Shown in pieces: positions 1 to 9,533 of a stretch of 61,044 bases of DNA. This DNA comes from a virus (lineage: Duplodnaviria; Caudoviricetes). Position 1 is the first letter of the stretch. Every line of letters starts with the position of its first letter. The notes beneath the pieces were generated by a model that saw only the letters and a list, made by a program, of their open reading frames with translations, searched no databases and was not told the DNA's origin. The stretch is from the IMG/VR virus record IMGVR_UViG_3300009508_001114, positions 1-61,044 of that record. One strand, written 5' to 3'. The position numbers and the translations under genes are program-made.

Positions 1-123
1 GCCACCAACATCGCCACGAATGGAGCAGTGCACTCCTTTTATTTCGATATGGCCAGTCATGCCTTTAGCTATTGTTATGTTTTCTTTTACAAAGTCTAGG
101 ATTTCTTTATCTGTTAGTTTCAT
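1..123 (-). CDS. hypothetical protein, 5' part only (runs off window)
   Basis: Manual translation MKLTDKEILDFVKENITIAKGMTGHIEIKGVHCSIRGDVGG; ATGA overlap with upstream stop. Confidence 0.7.
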   Translation of the reverse strand, partial: MKLTDKEILDFVKENITIAKGMTGHIEIKGVHCSIRGDVGG

Positions 124-491
124 AACGTTTTCTTTTGTTCCTTTAACATGTCTGTATTAAAGTTGATTGCATGAGTCAATGTTTCAGCAAGCGCCATACA
201 ATCAGCACCATCTACTCTCCATATTTTTCCTTTACCGTCTTCTAATCGATCGTCGTTGACTTCAATTGCTTCGCTCCAACGTCCATATTTTACTAACACC
301 CACCAGTCAGGTCTGCTACTGATATCTTCGTGCACATCTGGACCGCATTCAAATATTCTAAACCAACGTGGAACAATGCCATCACTTTGGCCAATATTGT
401 TTTTAATAATTAAACCACTTTCAGTTACATGATCATCAAACTCGCCGTCAATACATAACACAGTGTCTTTGATTGCTCTAATTTTCATCAT
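120..491 (-). CDS. groES: GroES/Gp31-like co-chaperonin
   Basis: IRAIKDTVL...TESGLII mobile-loop motif followed by GP, GroES-like layout. Confidence 0.65.
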   Translation of the reverse strand: MMKIRAIKDTVLCIDGEFDDHVTESGLIIKNNIGQSDGIVPRWFRIFECGPDVHEDISSRPDWWVLVKYGRWSEAIEVNDDRLEDGKGKIWRVDGADCMALAETLTHAINFNTDMLKEQKKTL

Positions 492-799
492 TCACCTCTT
501 AGGATTTTTGCAGCTTTTTCAGCATTAAACATTTTTTTAATTTCATTATCGTCATCAAGTTGCTGTAGGACTTTCAACAATATTGCCAAGTCTTCCCTTG
601 ATTCTTTGTCTGCTTGCAATTTTTCCTCTCTGTCATTCGATGCTTGAAGGTAATCCTCTAGAGTCGTCTCTCCGAAGTAATCTTCGTGCGGAACAATATA
701 TGGATAATTGTCATAATCCTCAGACACAGTAAATGTTACAGTATCAGTATCAGTTCCTCTGCCGCCCGATATTATATCGTGTGGATCAGTCCACTTCAT
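488..799 (-). CDS. hypothetical protein
   Basis: ORF tightly coupled to neighbours. Confidence 0.7.
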   Translation of the reverse strand: MKWTDPHDIISGGRGTDTDTVTFTVSEDYDNYPYIVPHEDYFGETTLEDYLQASNDREEKLQADKESREDLAILLKVLQQLDDDNEIKKMFNAEKAAKILRGE

Positions 800-1242
800 T
801 ATTCAGGATCCTTCTTATATATGGGCACCATTTCTATGTCGCCACTGGGTAAGTGTAATTCTTTATAACCTATAGGTTCCATATCGTCTGGAGCACCAAA
901 TTCATCTGGCTCTTGTGGCTCAGGCTGTACAGGATCAGCTGCTGGCTTCGTGTTTTCTTGTGCAGTTCTAGCAGTCTTAGGTGCTTGCTGAGTGTCTGCT
1001 TCATCAGGAGATAAACTTTGCTGCGCACCTTTTAGGCTTACCCCAGACGTGCTGCTTTTAGGATTATCTCTATAATATTCCCTAACACGGTCTTCTTTCT
1101 TTTTTATAATATTACCTTTTCCATCAATTACATCACCGTTTGCATTGACTTTCATGTTACCTATTGCAGGTATATTTTTATTTGCGTTAAACAAAGCATC
1201 TACATCTATACTCTGCCCTCTGTTTGTTCTACGTGTTGGCAT
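799..1242 (-). CDS. phage hypothetical protein
   Basis: ORF with GAGGA RBS; low-complexity Pro/Gln/Glu C-terminus. Confidence 0.75.
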   Translation of the reverse strand: MPTRRTNRGQSIDVDALFNANKNIPAIGNMKVNANGDVIDGKGNIIKKKEDRVREYYRDNPKSSTSGVSLKGAQQSLSPDEADTQQAPKTARTAQENTKPAADPVQPEPQEPDEFGAPDDMEPIGYKELHLPSGDIEMVPIYKKDPE

Positions 1243-1250
1243 GTTGTCCT

Positions 1251-1703
1251 CTACTTTAAAAATTCGCGAATATCTAAATTGTACTTGATACTGTCTACTT
1301 TATGTACACCTAACAAGTATAGGCAGTAACTGGCCACGCTACTACCTCTGCCCACGCCCCAAACAACATTGTGTTTACGCATGGTATCTACTATATATAT
1401 CATTAACTGCAATACTGGATATAAGTTCCTGGCTTCAAACAGTGCTAGTTCATGTTCTACTCTTTCACGCTCCTGTGACGTTTGAACTAGCGAAAGTAAG
1501 TGTTCTGGTATATCTATCTGTTTAAACCGTTCTGGTATGTTAAAATCTTTAGTGTATTCTATATTGGTACGCAATGTGTTTAATTCAAGTAGGTCAGCAA
1601 AACTGTTAAATTGTTCAACAAGACTATCACTGACAGGAACAACCGAAATATCTCTGTTCCTGTATAACAGTTCAATACCAGTGCTTTCATCAACTTTAAA
1701 CAT
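1251..1703 (-). CDS. DNA polymerase III alpha (DnaE)-like fragment
   Basis: WGVGRGSSVASYCLYLLGVHKVDSIKYNL matches DnaE VGPGRGSxAGSLVAYxLxITxxDPLxxDL; ends before PDxDxD. Confidence 0.85.
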   Translation of the reverse strand: MFKVDESTGIELLYRNRDISVVPVSDSLVEQFNSFADLLELNTLRTNIEYTKDFNIPERFKQIDIPEHLLSLVQTSQERERVEHELALFEARNLYPVLQLMIYIVDTMRKHNVVWGVGRGSSVASYCLYLLGVHKVDSIKYNLDIREFLK

Positions 1704-1709
1704 ATGTAT

Positions 1710-1738
1710 ATTATACCCTAAAAATTTTGTGTTGTCAA
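1710..1738 (-). promoter_or_regulatory. sigma70-type promoter
   Basis: TTGACA-17-TATAAT upstream of DnaE fragment. Confidence 0.75.
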
Positions 1739-2427
1739 TCTACTAATTTGGGTTTGTATTTTTTAGTAAAATCTACTTCTATTACTTCGCATGGACCGTT
1801 TTGATCTTTGTCAAATTGGTTGCTTATTTCGTTGAATATATCTTTACTGAATTCTTCTATACTAGAGCATGTGTCACTAGCCATCCATTCTTGTAGTTTT
1901 TCCTGACTAGAAGCAACTTTATCAAACGTAACTACATCGTCTCTTTTCCACCATGGCATAGACCAGTAACTAAGTTCTGGGCACCATTCCTCATCCTGAG
2001 GTAATTCGATATATTCTAGTTCATCTACACAATAATATTCAAACGTTACATCCTCTACAACATCACGCATTTGTAATGATGGAACTTCAGAATCTTCAGC
2101 CATTAAGCTGTTTAATTTACAGTGTAATGCTGCTAGTAGCACCATATCGCCGACTTCCGGTAACACCAACACATTGTTATCTAACTTAGACCAAGTATCC
2201 ATAAACGGATCATCCATGCATACCACAATACTGTTGTTAAGTATGCTTTGTAAAAAAGTAACAACTTTTAAATAGCTAATATTTTGACTTATTTGTGCAG
2301 TCTCATCGTCGCTATGTTTTTCTGTGACTAAACTAAACGTAATTTCAGTGCTGTAAACCTCTAGAATGTTGTTTATGCTTAATAAGAAATTAATTGGGAG
2401 TTTTTTGTTAAGTGAAACGGCCTTCAT
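1735..2427 (-). CDS. hypothetical protein
   Basis: 230-aa ORF overlapping neighbour. Confidence 0.75.
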   Translation of the reverse strand: MKAVSLNKKLPINFLLSINNILEVYSTEITFSLVTEKHSDDETAQISQNISYLKVVTFLQSILNNSIVVCMDDPFMDTWSKLDNNVLVLPEVGDMVLLAALHCKLNSLMAEDSEVPSLQMRDVVEDVTFEYYCVDELEYIELPQDEEWCPELSYWSMPWWKRDDVVTFDKVASSQEKLQEWMASDTCSSIEEFSKDIFNEISNQFDKDQNGPCEVIEVDFTKKYKPKLVD

Positions 2428-2723
2428 TTGTTTAGACCTTTTGTATATCCTGTAACCAGTATATTAAGAACTTCAATACTTGAATATTCAGGAGTATTTA
2501 CGCTGCTTTCTATTTCCCCGATGTTAATCACAGTGTTTTCTAATTTAACTCGTCTTGTTGATTGGAATTCTCTATAAAAGTTTTCTGCTGTATGTATCAT
2601 ATCCAATAGTTGTGAACGTATCGGACTGTTTCCCCGAATTTTAAATAACCTTTTGTTTAGCTCTTCTATTTCATCTAACAACTTCTCTTCATTCATTGAC
2701 GAATATTTGTCATAATAATCCAT
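2424..2723 (-). CDS. hypothetical protein
   Basis: ORF coupled to neighbours. Confidence 0.7.
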   Translation of the reverse strand: MDYYDKYSSMNEEKLLDEIEELNKRLFKIRGNSPIRSQLLDMIHTAENFYREFQSTRRVKLENTVINIGEIESSVNTPEYSSIEVLNILVTGYTKGLNK

Positions 2724-3577
2724 TAAATTTCTATCCTCAAATGTTCTGCCACTGCAACTTCATTTATGTGAATATATTTCTGTCGTTGCCTAAATATTAA
2801 ATCTAAATTTGGTAAGATTTTTACCAAATTATTTTCTATAGTGTAGCTGTTTTCGTTGCCTAATGCAAAGCAATTGTAACCATTTATTTTAAAAGCTAGA
2901 TTGCCAAAGTCACATGATTCTAATCTATCATATTTTTTTAGATTAAAATTGTTATTTGAAAAAAATGCAGTGCTGTAAAATACATCATCAGTGTCGCTTA
3001 TTAGGCTTGTTATTCTGCTATTTACGTTATACGTAAAATTAAACATGATAGTAAACCGATTGTTTTTTGTTACCATGTTAATGTATGTATTTCCGGTTTT
3101 AACAACTCGAAAACCTAATTTATTATAGAAATTTTGAAGTTCCTCGGTGAATGAGTCATACACTATGCCACTAAAGTATTTTAATAATTTAGCTGAATTT
3201 ATAATTTTGGTTTGCTTGAACGTCTTATAGGATTTTGAAATTACAGATTTTTTAAACTTACTATCTAGTAATAAGTAAATGTTGTAACCATTGGGATCTG
3301 TTGTTTTATAAAATTCTAAATCTTCACAATATTCACAATCTAATTCTGTTATTAATTCCATGGATGCAATGAAGCCAAGACCAGTTAATGCAGGTAAGTC
3401 TGTATAATTTTGTTTTTTACGTAGGAAAATAATGTTTAAATTCAATTTCCATATGCTGTATTCACTAGTATGATTTTTAGCAGCGACTGTGTAACCTAGG
3501 CTTATCAGTTTGTCTACGGTAAAGTCAAAGTCTCTTGCATTAGTCGTTATTTCTATAAATCCAAATTCTGCTGTCAT
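2723..3577 (-). CDS. divergent VOC/HppD-like protein
   Basis: N-terminal FGFIEI...LGYTVAAK...SIWKLNLNIIFL resembles HppD N-domain; second FYNKLGF VOC motif; start set at ATG 3577. Confidence 0.5.
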   Translation of the reverse strand: MTAEFGFIEITTNARDFDFTVDKLISLGYTVAAKNHTSEYSIWKLNLNIIFLRKKQNYTDLPALTGLGFIASMELITELDCEYCEDLEFYKTTDPNGYNIYLLLDSKFKKSVISKSYKTFKQTKIINSAKLLKYFSGIVYDSFTEELQNFYNKLGFRVVKTGNTYINMVTKNNRFTIMFNFTYNVNSRITSLISDTDDVFYSTAFFSNNNFNLKKYDRLESCDFGNLAFKINGYNCFALGNENSYTIENNLVKILPNLDLIFRQRQKYIHINEVAVAEHLRIEI

Positions 3578-3590
3578 AAAACTATTTAGT

Positions 3591-4178
3591 CTAACGTTCA
3601 GCAATTACCTCATCAATTAGACCAAAATCTAGTGCCTCTGATGCGCTCATAAAGTTATCACGTTCCATTGCATCGTAAAACTCTTGATATGTTTTTTCTG
3701 CACTATTATGTTTTACATAGATATCAGTAAGCGTTTTTTTCATCTTAATAATCTCAGCAACCTGAATTTCCATATCAGTTGCTTGTCCACCAGCACCACC
3801 TGACGGTTGATGTATCATATGACGAGCGTGAGGTAACATTTTACGTTTACCTGGTGCCCCTGCTTGTGCTAATAGACTACCCATACTGCAAGCCTGCCCC
3901 ATAATAATTGTACCTACGTCTGGTTGGATATACTGCATTGTGTCATACATGGCCATACCAGCAGTAACTACACCGCCTGGTGAGTTAATGTAGAAGTTAA
4001 TATCAGCATCAGCATCTTCTGCTTCTAAAAAAAGCATTTGTGCACAAATACTGTTGCTTACTCCATCGTCTACAGCACCATTTAAAAAGATGATGCGCTC
4101 TTTTAAAAGACGACTATAGATATCGTAACTACGTTCGCCTTGGCTGGTCTTTTCAATCACATATGGTATAAAATTCAT
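3591..4178 (-). CDS. clpP: ATP-dependent Clp protease proteolytic subunit
   Basis: [27 protein letters not shown] (Ser), MIHQP (His), ERDNF (Asp). Confidence 0.97.
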   Translation of the reverse strand: MNFIPYVIEKTSQGERSYDIYSRLLKERIIFLNGAVDDGVSNSICAQMLFLEAEDADADINFYINSPGGVVTAGMAMYDTMQYIQPDVGTIIMGQACSMGSLLAQAGAPGKRKMLPHARHMIHQPSGGAGGQATDMEIQVAEIIKMKKTLTDIYVKHNSAEKTYQEFYDAMERDNFMSASEALDFGLIDEVIAER

Positions 4179-4525
4179 TAGTTAACCTCTTCCACTGTTA
4201 CCTTACCAACTCTTGCAGGAGCTCTCCAATCAGCAGATCCTCTTTGTCGAACTTTTGCTAATCCTCGTTCGAGTTGCTTTAAACTTTGCATTTCCGTTCC
4301 ACTGGGGAGTACATGTTTTAATGATCGACAGTACAGCAATGGATGAGTGCCTTCGGGATATATTCTATAAGTGCCACCAATATGGCGTTCGGTTCTGTCA
4401 AACAATTCCCAACACCGCTTCATATAACCACTTATGGTTGTTATATCTTGATTTTGCACAACTTGTCTTGTTGCACTACAAGATGTTAAAAGAACACAAC
4501 CAACAATAACTAATAATTTGTTCAT
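4178..4525 (-). CDS. putative lipoprotein
   Basis: MNK + hydrophobic stretch + LTSC lipobox. Confidence 0.6.
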   Translation of the reverse strand: MNKLLVIVGCVLLTSCSATRQVVQNQDITTISGYMKRCWELFDRTERHIGGTYRIYPEGTHPLLYCRSLKHVLPSGTEMQSLKQLERGLAKVRQRGSADWRAPARVGKVTVEEVN

Positions 4526-4558
4526 TATAATTATCCATTAACATATTAATAAGTATAC

Positions 4559-4587
4559 ATTATACAATAAAAATAACTTACTGTCAA
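4559..4587 (-). promoter_or_regulatory. sigma70-type promoter
   Basis: TTGACA-17-TATAAT ahead of lipoprotein-clpP. Confidence 0.7.
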
Positions 4588-4590
4588 TGT

Positions 4591-4740
4591 TTAAAACATT
4601 GGATGTGGGTAATACATTCCAAATTCAGCATTCAGTTCCAAATAGTTTGGTGTGAAAAATGGTGCTATTAAACCACCCAGTAGAATGAAACTACAGAATA
4701 CTGCAAACGCATAATCTTTAACTTTAGATAAAGTCTTCAT
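4591..4740 (-). CDS. 49-aa single-TM small protein
   Basis: AGGAG RBS before ATG 4740; MKTLSKVKDYAFAVFCSFILLGGLIAPFF. Confidence 0.7.
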   Translation of the reverse strand: MKTLSKVKDYAFAVFCSFILLGGLIAPFFTPNYLELNAEFGMYYPHPMF

Positions 4741-4765
4741 TATATCTCCTAAATAATTTTTTGTG

Positions 4766-4794
4766 TAAAAGAAAAAGCCCGCATAAGCAGGCTT
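4766..4794 (-). terminator. rho-independent terminator
   Basis: AAGCCTGC-TTAT-GCGGGCTT stem then TTTCTTTT. Confidence 0.8.
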
Positions 4795-4807
4795 ATTCAA
4801 GGGTTTT

Positions 4808-4951
4808 TTATAATTGTGAAAAACTTGCGCCAGCGCCAACAATTACCATCAAGGGAAAACCAAATGCAACTAGCATTTCGGCAACTCTAGATTCGGTAAA
4901 GGATAGGCATGCTTCGGCAAACTTCACACGCAATGAAGCAATTGAAGTCAT
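4808..4951 (-). CDS. 47-aa small membrane protein (not in ORF track)
   Basis: AAGGAG RBS; MTSIASLRVKFAEACLSFTESRVAEMLVAFGFPLMVIVGAGASFSQL; followed by terminator. Confidence 0.7.
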   Translation of the reverse strand: MTSIASLRVKFAEACLSFTESRVAEMLVAFGFPLMVIVGAGASFSQL

Positions 4952-4984
4952 GTATGTAATCTCCTTAGATCTAAATTTTTATTA

Positions 4985-5142
4985 GCATCCATATTCACAG
5001 TTCCTTACGGCAACTGCTCAGTATAAAAAAAGCTTCTTAACTTTTAGTTGACCCTTTTTTAACATACATAGTCAGGAGATAGTACTCCAAGGCATCAGAC
5101 AATTACACTGTTGCGGAAGAAGGATTGCTCAACTTCCGCCCT
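4985..5142 (-). ncRNA. candidate structured leader RNA
   Basis: Starts after TATAAATA (5143-5150); hairpins GCGGAAG/CTTCCGC, GGAG/CTCC and a GTAA-tetraloop stem. Confidence 0.4.
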
Positions 5143-5180
5143 TATTTATACAAAAATTAAAATACGCTTTAAAAAAGTGG

Positions 5181-5501
5181 TTATTTTTGCAGTTTACGAG
5201 CGGCAGCAAACTTAGTTCTAAGATCATTGATCAGATCTTCTTTTTTCAAAGACTGCTTTAGATTTGTCACACCTAGCTCTTCACCAAGGTCTAATAACTG
5301 TTTCTTAGTCATTTCTGTTAACTTATTTTTGTTTGGTAATTTTTTGCCAACTGATGCAGTAACTTTTTTTACTGTTACTTCAGTTTTTTCCTTAGTTGGA
5401 GCAAGTGCTTCTTTAACTGGGCTATCCTTACTACCCCTAGTAACCCAAAAAATTACGCCAACTGCGGCTGCTACTGCTAGTATTCCTAATATAATTTCCA
5501 T
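5181..5501 (-). CDS. membrane-anchored protein with Rho N-terminal-like helical domain
   Basis: N-terminal TM helix; LTEMTKKQLLDLGEELGV..LKKEDLINDL. Confidence 0.7.
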   Translation of the reverse strand: MEIILGILAVAAAVGVIFWVTRGSKDSPVKEALAPTKEKTEVTVKKVTASVGKKLPNKNKLTEMTKKQLLDLGEELGVTNLKQSLKKEDLINDLRTKFAAARKLQK

Positions 5502-5511
5502 TGTTTTTTCC

Positions 5512-6708
5512 TTATGTGTTGTGTATGTTATGTAGTGCTGTTTTAAATTTTGTTACCAAATGATCACTAGGACCATTATGGAGTAACTGCATCATTCTGG
5601 GATGATTTTGTGCTAACTTATGTCCGTATGTATCCATTAAAAATTGGTGCACTGCGTCATTAGTTTTGTATTTTGCTTTAAGATCTTTTAAGTATTGAGT
5701 ACAATCGAAAATTGATTGCAACATATCTTTGTATGTTATGAACTCAGGACCTGTTTTATAAAATTCATAATTTAAAAACCAAAATCCGTTATCCATCAGC
5801 CATTTAGTTTGAAAACCATTACTTGCTAGTAAACTGAAGCAATTAGCTTTGGAAAACAGAATAGCCTTAAGTGTTTTTTCCGTAATATGATCTTGTGTTT
5901 TGTAAAGTTGTCCTTGGCTAGGATAATAAAGATTTACATCATGAAATTGTCCCCTAGATTCCCAAATTAAAGTTGCTGTGCTATGCATCATATCAGTATA
6001 TCCAGAATGAAAGTTGTTAGTCCAATTACCTGCAAATTGATAATCATTATGAATTTGTATGTAGTTATAGTTATCGTCGTATGTGTATGTTGCCATGTCA
6101 TCGTTTAATATATCTTTACAACCATTATATAACTCTTCTCTTTCAACAACTACACCATCCCACTGGTGTTCGAAGCAATTATGTCTACCTGTATGGTAAA
6201 CGCCTAAAAGACTGTTTTTAGGGGCTTTCATGTCATTATACACTGTAAGATAATGGTAACCATATAAAAAATAAAAATGCTGTAAACCAAGCATATAATC
6301 CTGTATGAAGTTTTTATGATCTATATGGGAGCAATTAGTTCCTGTCATGAATATATTCCCCCTGTCCATGAAGCTGTGTACCTCATCGGGATCAGTGTCA
6401 AATAGGTCACAAGGTTTACAGTAAATATTCCTGGGTGTTTCCAGGTTATTATAATCTTGGTCGTGGTCTACAGTCCAGGTTGTGTCTCGACTTTTCAATT
6501 CGTTTATAACAGCTTCATTATCAATAGCATTTTCATTAATGCAATGGTAAGTGCAGTCAGGGGCATGTATTCTAAAAGAGCTATTCCCGAATTCAGGCTC
6601 CCATGTAACGTCCACCTGATTGCCCTTACTTAATAGCCAAGTAATAAACATTCCTTCTTCAGCGATCTGCCGCCACATAATAGTGTATTCAGGTTTTGGC
6701 ATAAACAA
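5512..6708 (-). CDS. TEKT-motif putative glycosyltransferase-like protein
   Basis: ITEKTLKAI...GF motif shared with 17436-18827. Confidence 0.5.
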   Translation of the reverse strand: MFMPKPEYTIMWRQIAEEGMFITWLLSKGNQVDVTWEPEFGNSSFRIHAPDCTYHCINENAIDNEAVINELKSRDTTWTVDHDQDYNNLETPRNIYCKPCDLFDTDPDEVHSFMDRGNIFMTGTNCSHIDHKNFIQDYMLGLQHFYFLYGYHYLTVYNDMKAPKNSLLGVYHTGRHNCFEHQWDGVVVEREELYNGCKDILNDDMATYTYDDNYNYIQIHNDYQFAGNWTNNFHSGYTDMMHSTATLIWESRGQFHDVNLYYPSQGQLYKTQDHITEKTLKAILFSKANCFSLLASNGFQTKWLMDNGFWFLNYEFYKTGPEFITYKDMLQSIFDCTQYLKDLKAKYKTNDAVHQFLMDTYGHKLAQNHPRMMQLLHNGPSDHLVTKFKTALHNIHNT

Positions 6709-6746
6709 TTTCCTTTTTATTTTCCAATAATGTGTGTTTCAGATAT

Positions 6747-7025
6747 TTATTCTTGATCAACTAATAAACTAATTATTCCGGCATGGGACTTGTCTCGAAA
6801 TCTTATTTCCTTACCGTATCTAAAAATATAATCTTCCCACTCCACTAGTCCCATGTTCCACAAGTTTTTTCTTAATGACATCACTGTGTCTATATCAAGA
6901 GAAACTATTACTTTATTATTATCCCAGTCGTCCCAATCTCCCTTATACTTTATAGTCCTTTCCTCTAATGTGGATTCTTTGTTATTTCTAGCATTGTTTA
7001 TAATATGGCTGAGATAATCATTCAT
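6747..7025 (-). CDS. hypothetical protein
   Basis: ORF. Confidence 0.65.
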   Translation of the reverse strand: MNDYLSHIINNARNNKESTLEERTIKYKGDWDDWDNNKVIVSLDIDTVMSLRKNLWNMGLVEWEDYIFRYGKEIRFRDKSHAGIISLLVDQE

Positions 7026-7168
7026 TTGTTATTGTCTTTATACCACATAACTGAACAATAGTGATTACAAAACGGTATGGGATTTTGAACATTTTTATTA
7101 AACTTAGGTTCAATCCAATACATTACTTTTTTTATTATAAGTTCATTACAATGGCCGCACACTGTCAT
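7022..7168 (-). CDS. 48-aa Zn-finger (TRASH-like) protein (not in ORF track)
   Basis: MTVCGHC...FCNHYC; overlaps both neighbours (TAATG, ATGA). Confidence 0.65.
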   Translation of the reverse strand: MTVCGHCNELIIKKVMYWIEPKFNKNVQNPIPFCNHYCSVMWYKDNNK

Positions 7169-7458
7169 TAGTAATTGCCTCCGATCATTAGTTTTACTAT
7201 GATTAAATCTATTTTGGATTCAAAACTTAATACTAAAAAACTTGATTTGTACCAATGGGGACCACTTGCTACTGCTTGTGATTGTTTTTCCTGCTTAACA
7301 AAATGCCAGCCCCATCGGTGTTTTACGTTTTCTAATATAATTGGTATATCATCAGCCGCTAAACCGTTTTCCTTAGTTTGCCACGTATAACTAAATCTAT
7401 GATTATAGCCACAATCGTTTGGTACTTGTTTGGTTAATCTCCTGGGTAAATGGTCCAT
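7168..7458 (-). CDS. hypothetical protein
   Basis: ORF coupled to guaC. Confidence 0.65.
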   Translation of the reverse strand: MDHLPRRLTKQVPNDCGYNHRFSYTWQTKENGLAADDIPIILENVKHRWGWHFVKQEKQSQAVASGPHWYKSSFLVLSFESKIDLIIVKLMIGGNY

Positions 7459-8525
7459 TAATCTCCAGTTGTGCTACTTTCAAAGGCAGTGTTGTATTGC
7501 CTTCCGTTGTTAACCTGTATAAAGGTTGTACACTTGCTGAGATTTTTTAGCTGGTTTGCACCAACATAAGTGCAAGTAGAGCGCAAGCCACCAAGTATGT
7601 CTCCCATAACGGATTCGACTGAACCACGGTGTGGAACTCTAACCACTCTACCTTCACTCGCTCTATAATTTTTTCTACCACCATGTTTCTCCTGTGCGGC
7701 ATTTGAACTCATGCCATAAAATTCTATGTGTTTTTTATCTCCCTCGTAGACTGTCTTACCACCGCCTTCATCACAACCAGCTAACATGCCGCCTAGCATT
7801 ACAAAATCTGCACCAGCGCCAAATGCCTTAGCAACATCACCAGGGCTACTACAGCCACCATCAGCGATAATATGACCTCCAAGGCCGTGAGCAGCATCGG
7901 CGCATTCGATGACCGCGCTGAGCTGAGGATATCCCACACCAGTTTTGATACGAGTAGTACAAACACTACCAGGACCAATTCCAACCTTAACAATGTCTGC
8001 CCCCCTGAGCAGCAACTCTTCAGTCATATCAGGTGTTACAACGTTACCTGCAATAATAACTTTATTTGGAAATTCTTCTCTAAATTTACTAACGAAATCC
8101 AAAAATCGTTCGCTATAACCGTTTGCTACATCTATACATATGTATTTAACCTTTTTCCAGCTTCTTAATTTAAGTTGAATATTTTGGTAATCTTTGTCTG
8201 TAATCCCTGTGCTTATAGCAGTATACCGCCAGTCGTCAATACTGTTTAGTAATTCTGTGGGAATAGATTTAGCCAAGCAGGTAAACATACCTTCTTTAGC
8301 AAGAGCATTTGCCATACTGATTGAGCCAACACCGTCCATGTTGGCAGCCATAATGGGTATGCCTGTAAAGTCTGTACCAGTGTCTTCTGCTAGAGGGTCT
8401 GGATTAACATTGCGGAAAGTGTAGGTTCTCTCCAGTTTTACTTCTTTGCGACTGCCTATTGTGCTGCGCTTAGGTCTAAACAGTACATCCGCATAGTCCA
8501 GTTTTATATCACGTTCGATTCTCAT
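7458..8525 (-). CDS. guaC: GMP reductase
   Basis: [46 protein letters not shown]. Confidence 0.95.
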   Translation of the reverse strand: MRIERDIKLDYADVLFRPKRSTIGSRKEVKLERTYTFRNVNPDPLAEDTGTDFTGIPIMAANMDGVGSISMANALAKEGMFTCLAKSIPTELLNSIDDWRYTAISTGITDKDYQNIQLKLRSWKKVKYICIDVANGYSERFLDFVSKFREEFPNKVIIAGNVVTPDMTEELLLRGADIVKVGIGPGSVCTTRIKTGVGYPQLSAVIECADAAHGLGGHIIADGGCSSPGDVAKAFGAGADFVMLGGMLAGCDEGGGKTVYEGDKKHIEFYGMSSNAAQEKHGGRKNYRASEGRVVRVPHRGSVESVMGDILGGLRSTCTYVGANQLKNLSKCTTFIQVNNGRQYNTAFESSTTGD

Positions 8526-9322
8526 TTTAATGTCCAACTATGTATATATTTGTGTTTTGCAATATTATCTATCTGATCGGTTATGTCTCCCATATATTTT
8601 CCGATTGGAATATATCCTATTGCTAATCTTGGATCGCCCCATTTATAAGGAAGTTTGTGCTTAATTTTTTCGTAACAGTCTAAACAATACTGCTCGAAAT
8701 ACTTTTCTTCCAAAACATTTTTGGGTACTCGATCTTCATCACACCAAAAACTAAACGTGTTTGCACACTTATTAGTTAAAACAATTTGCTCTTCAGGAAC
8801 ATCATAGTCTTTATCTAATACTAGTTCCATAAAGTGTTTGCCAATGTGGGGATAGTGCATATACATCTCACCCTTACGTTTAAACGGTGTGAAAAGATCA
8901 TACCAGCTGTATTCCATATCAACACCTAAGTCATAACAAGCAAACTGGTACGTTTTACCTGATGACCTTTCTAATTCTTCTATATGATGTATTAGCGTAT
9001 TAAATCTTTGCAGCAAAGGCAGTATAACAGGATCATTTACATATATTTCATTATACTTTGGAAATTCTTCGTGTAGCTTATGTTTATCAAGTATATCTGT
9101 GTGAGCTAACCCTATAAGTTCATTTAACTTATCTGTAATGGATTGTAATTCTACTTCCAGACTTGTTACCGACTCGCCAAAGTTTTTAAATATAGTTCTA
9201 TCTATCATACGATTTTCTTGAAAATGCATACGTTGATAGATAGTTTTTGCTACAGGATTATCGTAGAACTCATAACTGAGAGTTAATTGTGCATTAACAC
9301 CTAAGTGTACATCAATTTGCAT
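8522..9322 (-). CDS. hypothetical protein
   Basis: 266-aa ORF. Confidence 0.75.
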   Translation of the reverse strand: MQIDVHLGVNAQLTLSYEFYDNPVAKTIYQRMHFQENRMIDRTIFKNFGESVTSLEVELQSITDKLNELIGLAHTDILDKHKLHEEFPKYNEIYVNDPVILPLLQRFNTLIHHIEELERSSGKTYQFACYDLGVDMEYSWYDLFTPFKRKGEMYMHYPHIGKHFMELVLDKDYDVPEEQIVLTNKCANTFSFWCDEDRVPKNVLEEKYFEQYCLDCYEKIKHKLPYKWGDPRLAIGYIPIGKYMGDITDQIDNIAKHKYIHSWTLK

Positions 9323-9533
9323 TTGTTAGCTGCCTTGTAATAACGCCCGATTCAGTTTCATATTCCCAGCGATTCCATGCATCAGGAGGAAACTGAGGAG
9401 GGGTCCAGGGCACAATTCTGCGTCTTGTCCAGCACTTGCCCCACACACGCTCTCCACCAAGTGTTCTCTTGGGCCACAGTACAAATGTTTTAACCCAAGG
9501 TGTATAGTGTGCGTCTGTGGGGCCTGGATGCAT
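9312..9533 (-). CDS. hypothetical protein
   Basis: Trp/Pro-rich ORF coupled to neighbours. Confidence 0.6.
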   Translation of the reverse strand: MHPGPTDAHYTPWVKTFVLWPKRTLGGERVWGKCWTRRRIVPWTPPQFPPDAWNRWEYETESGVITRQLTNAN

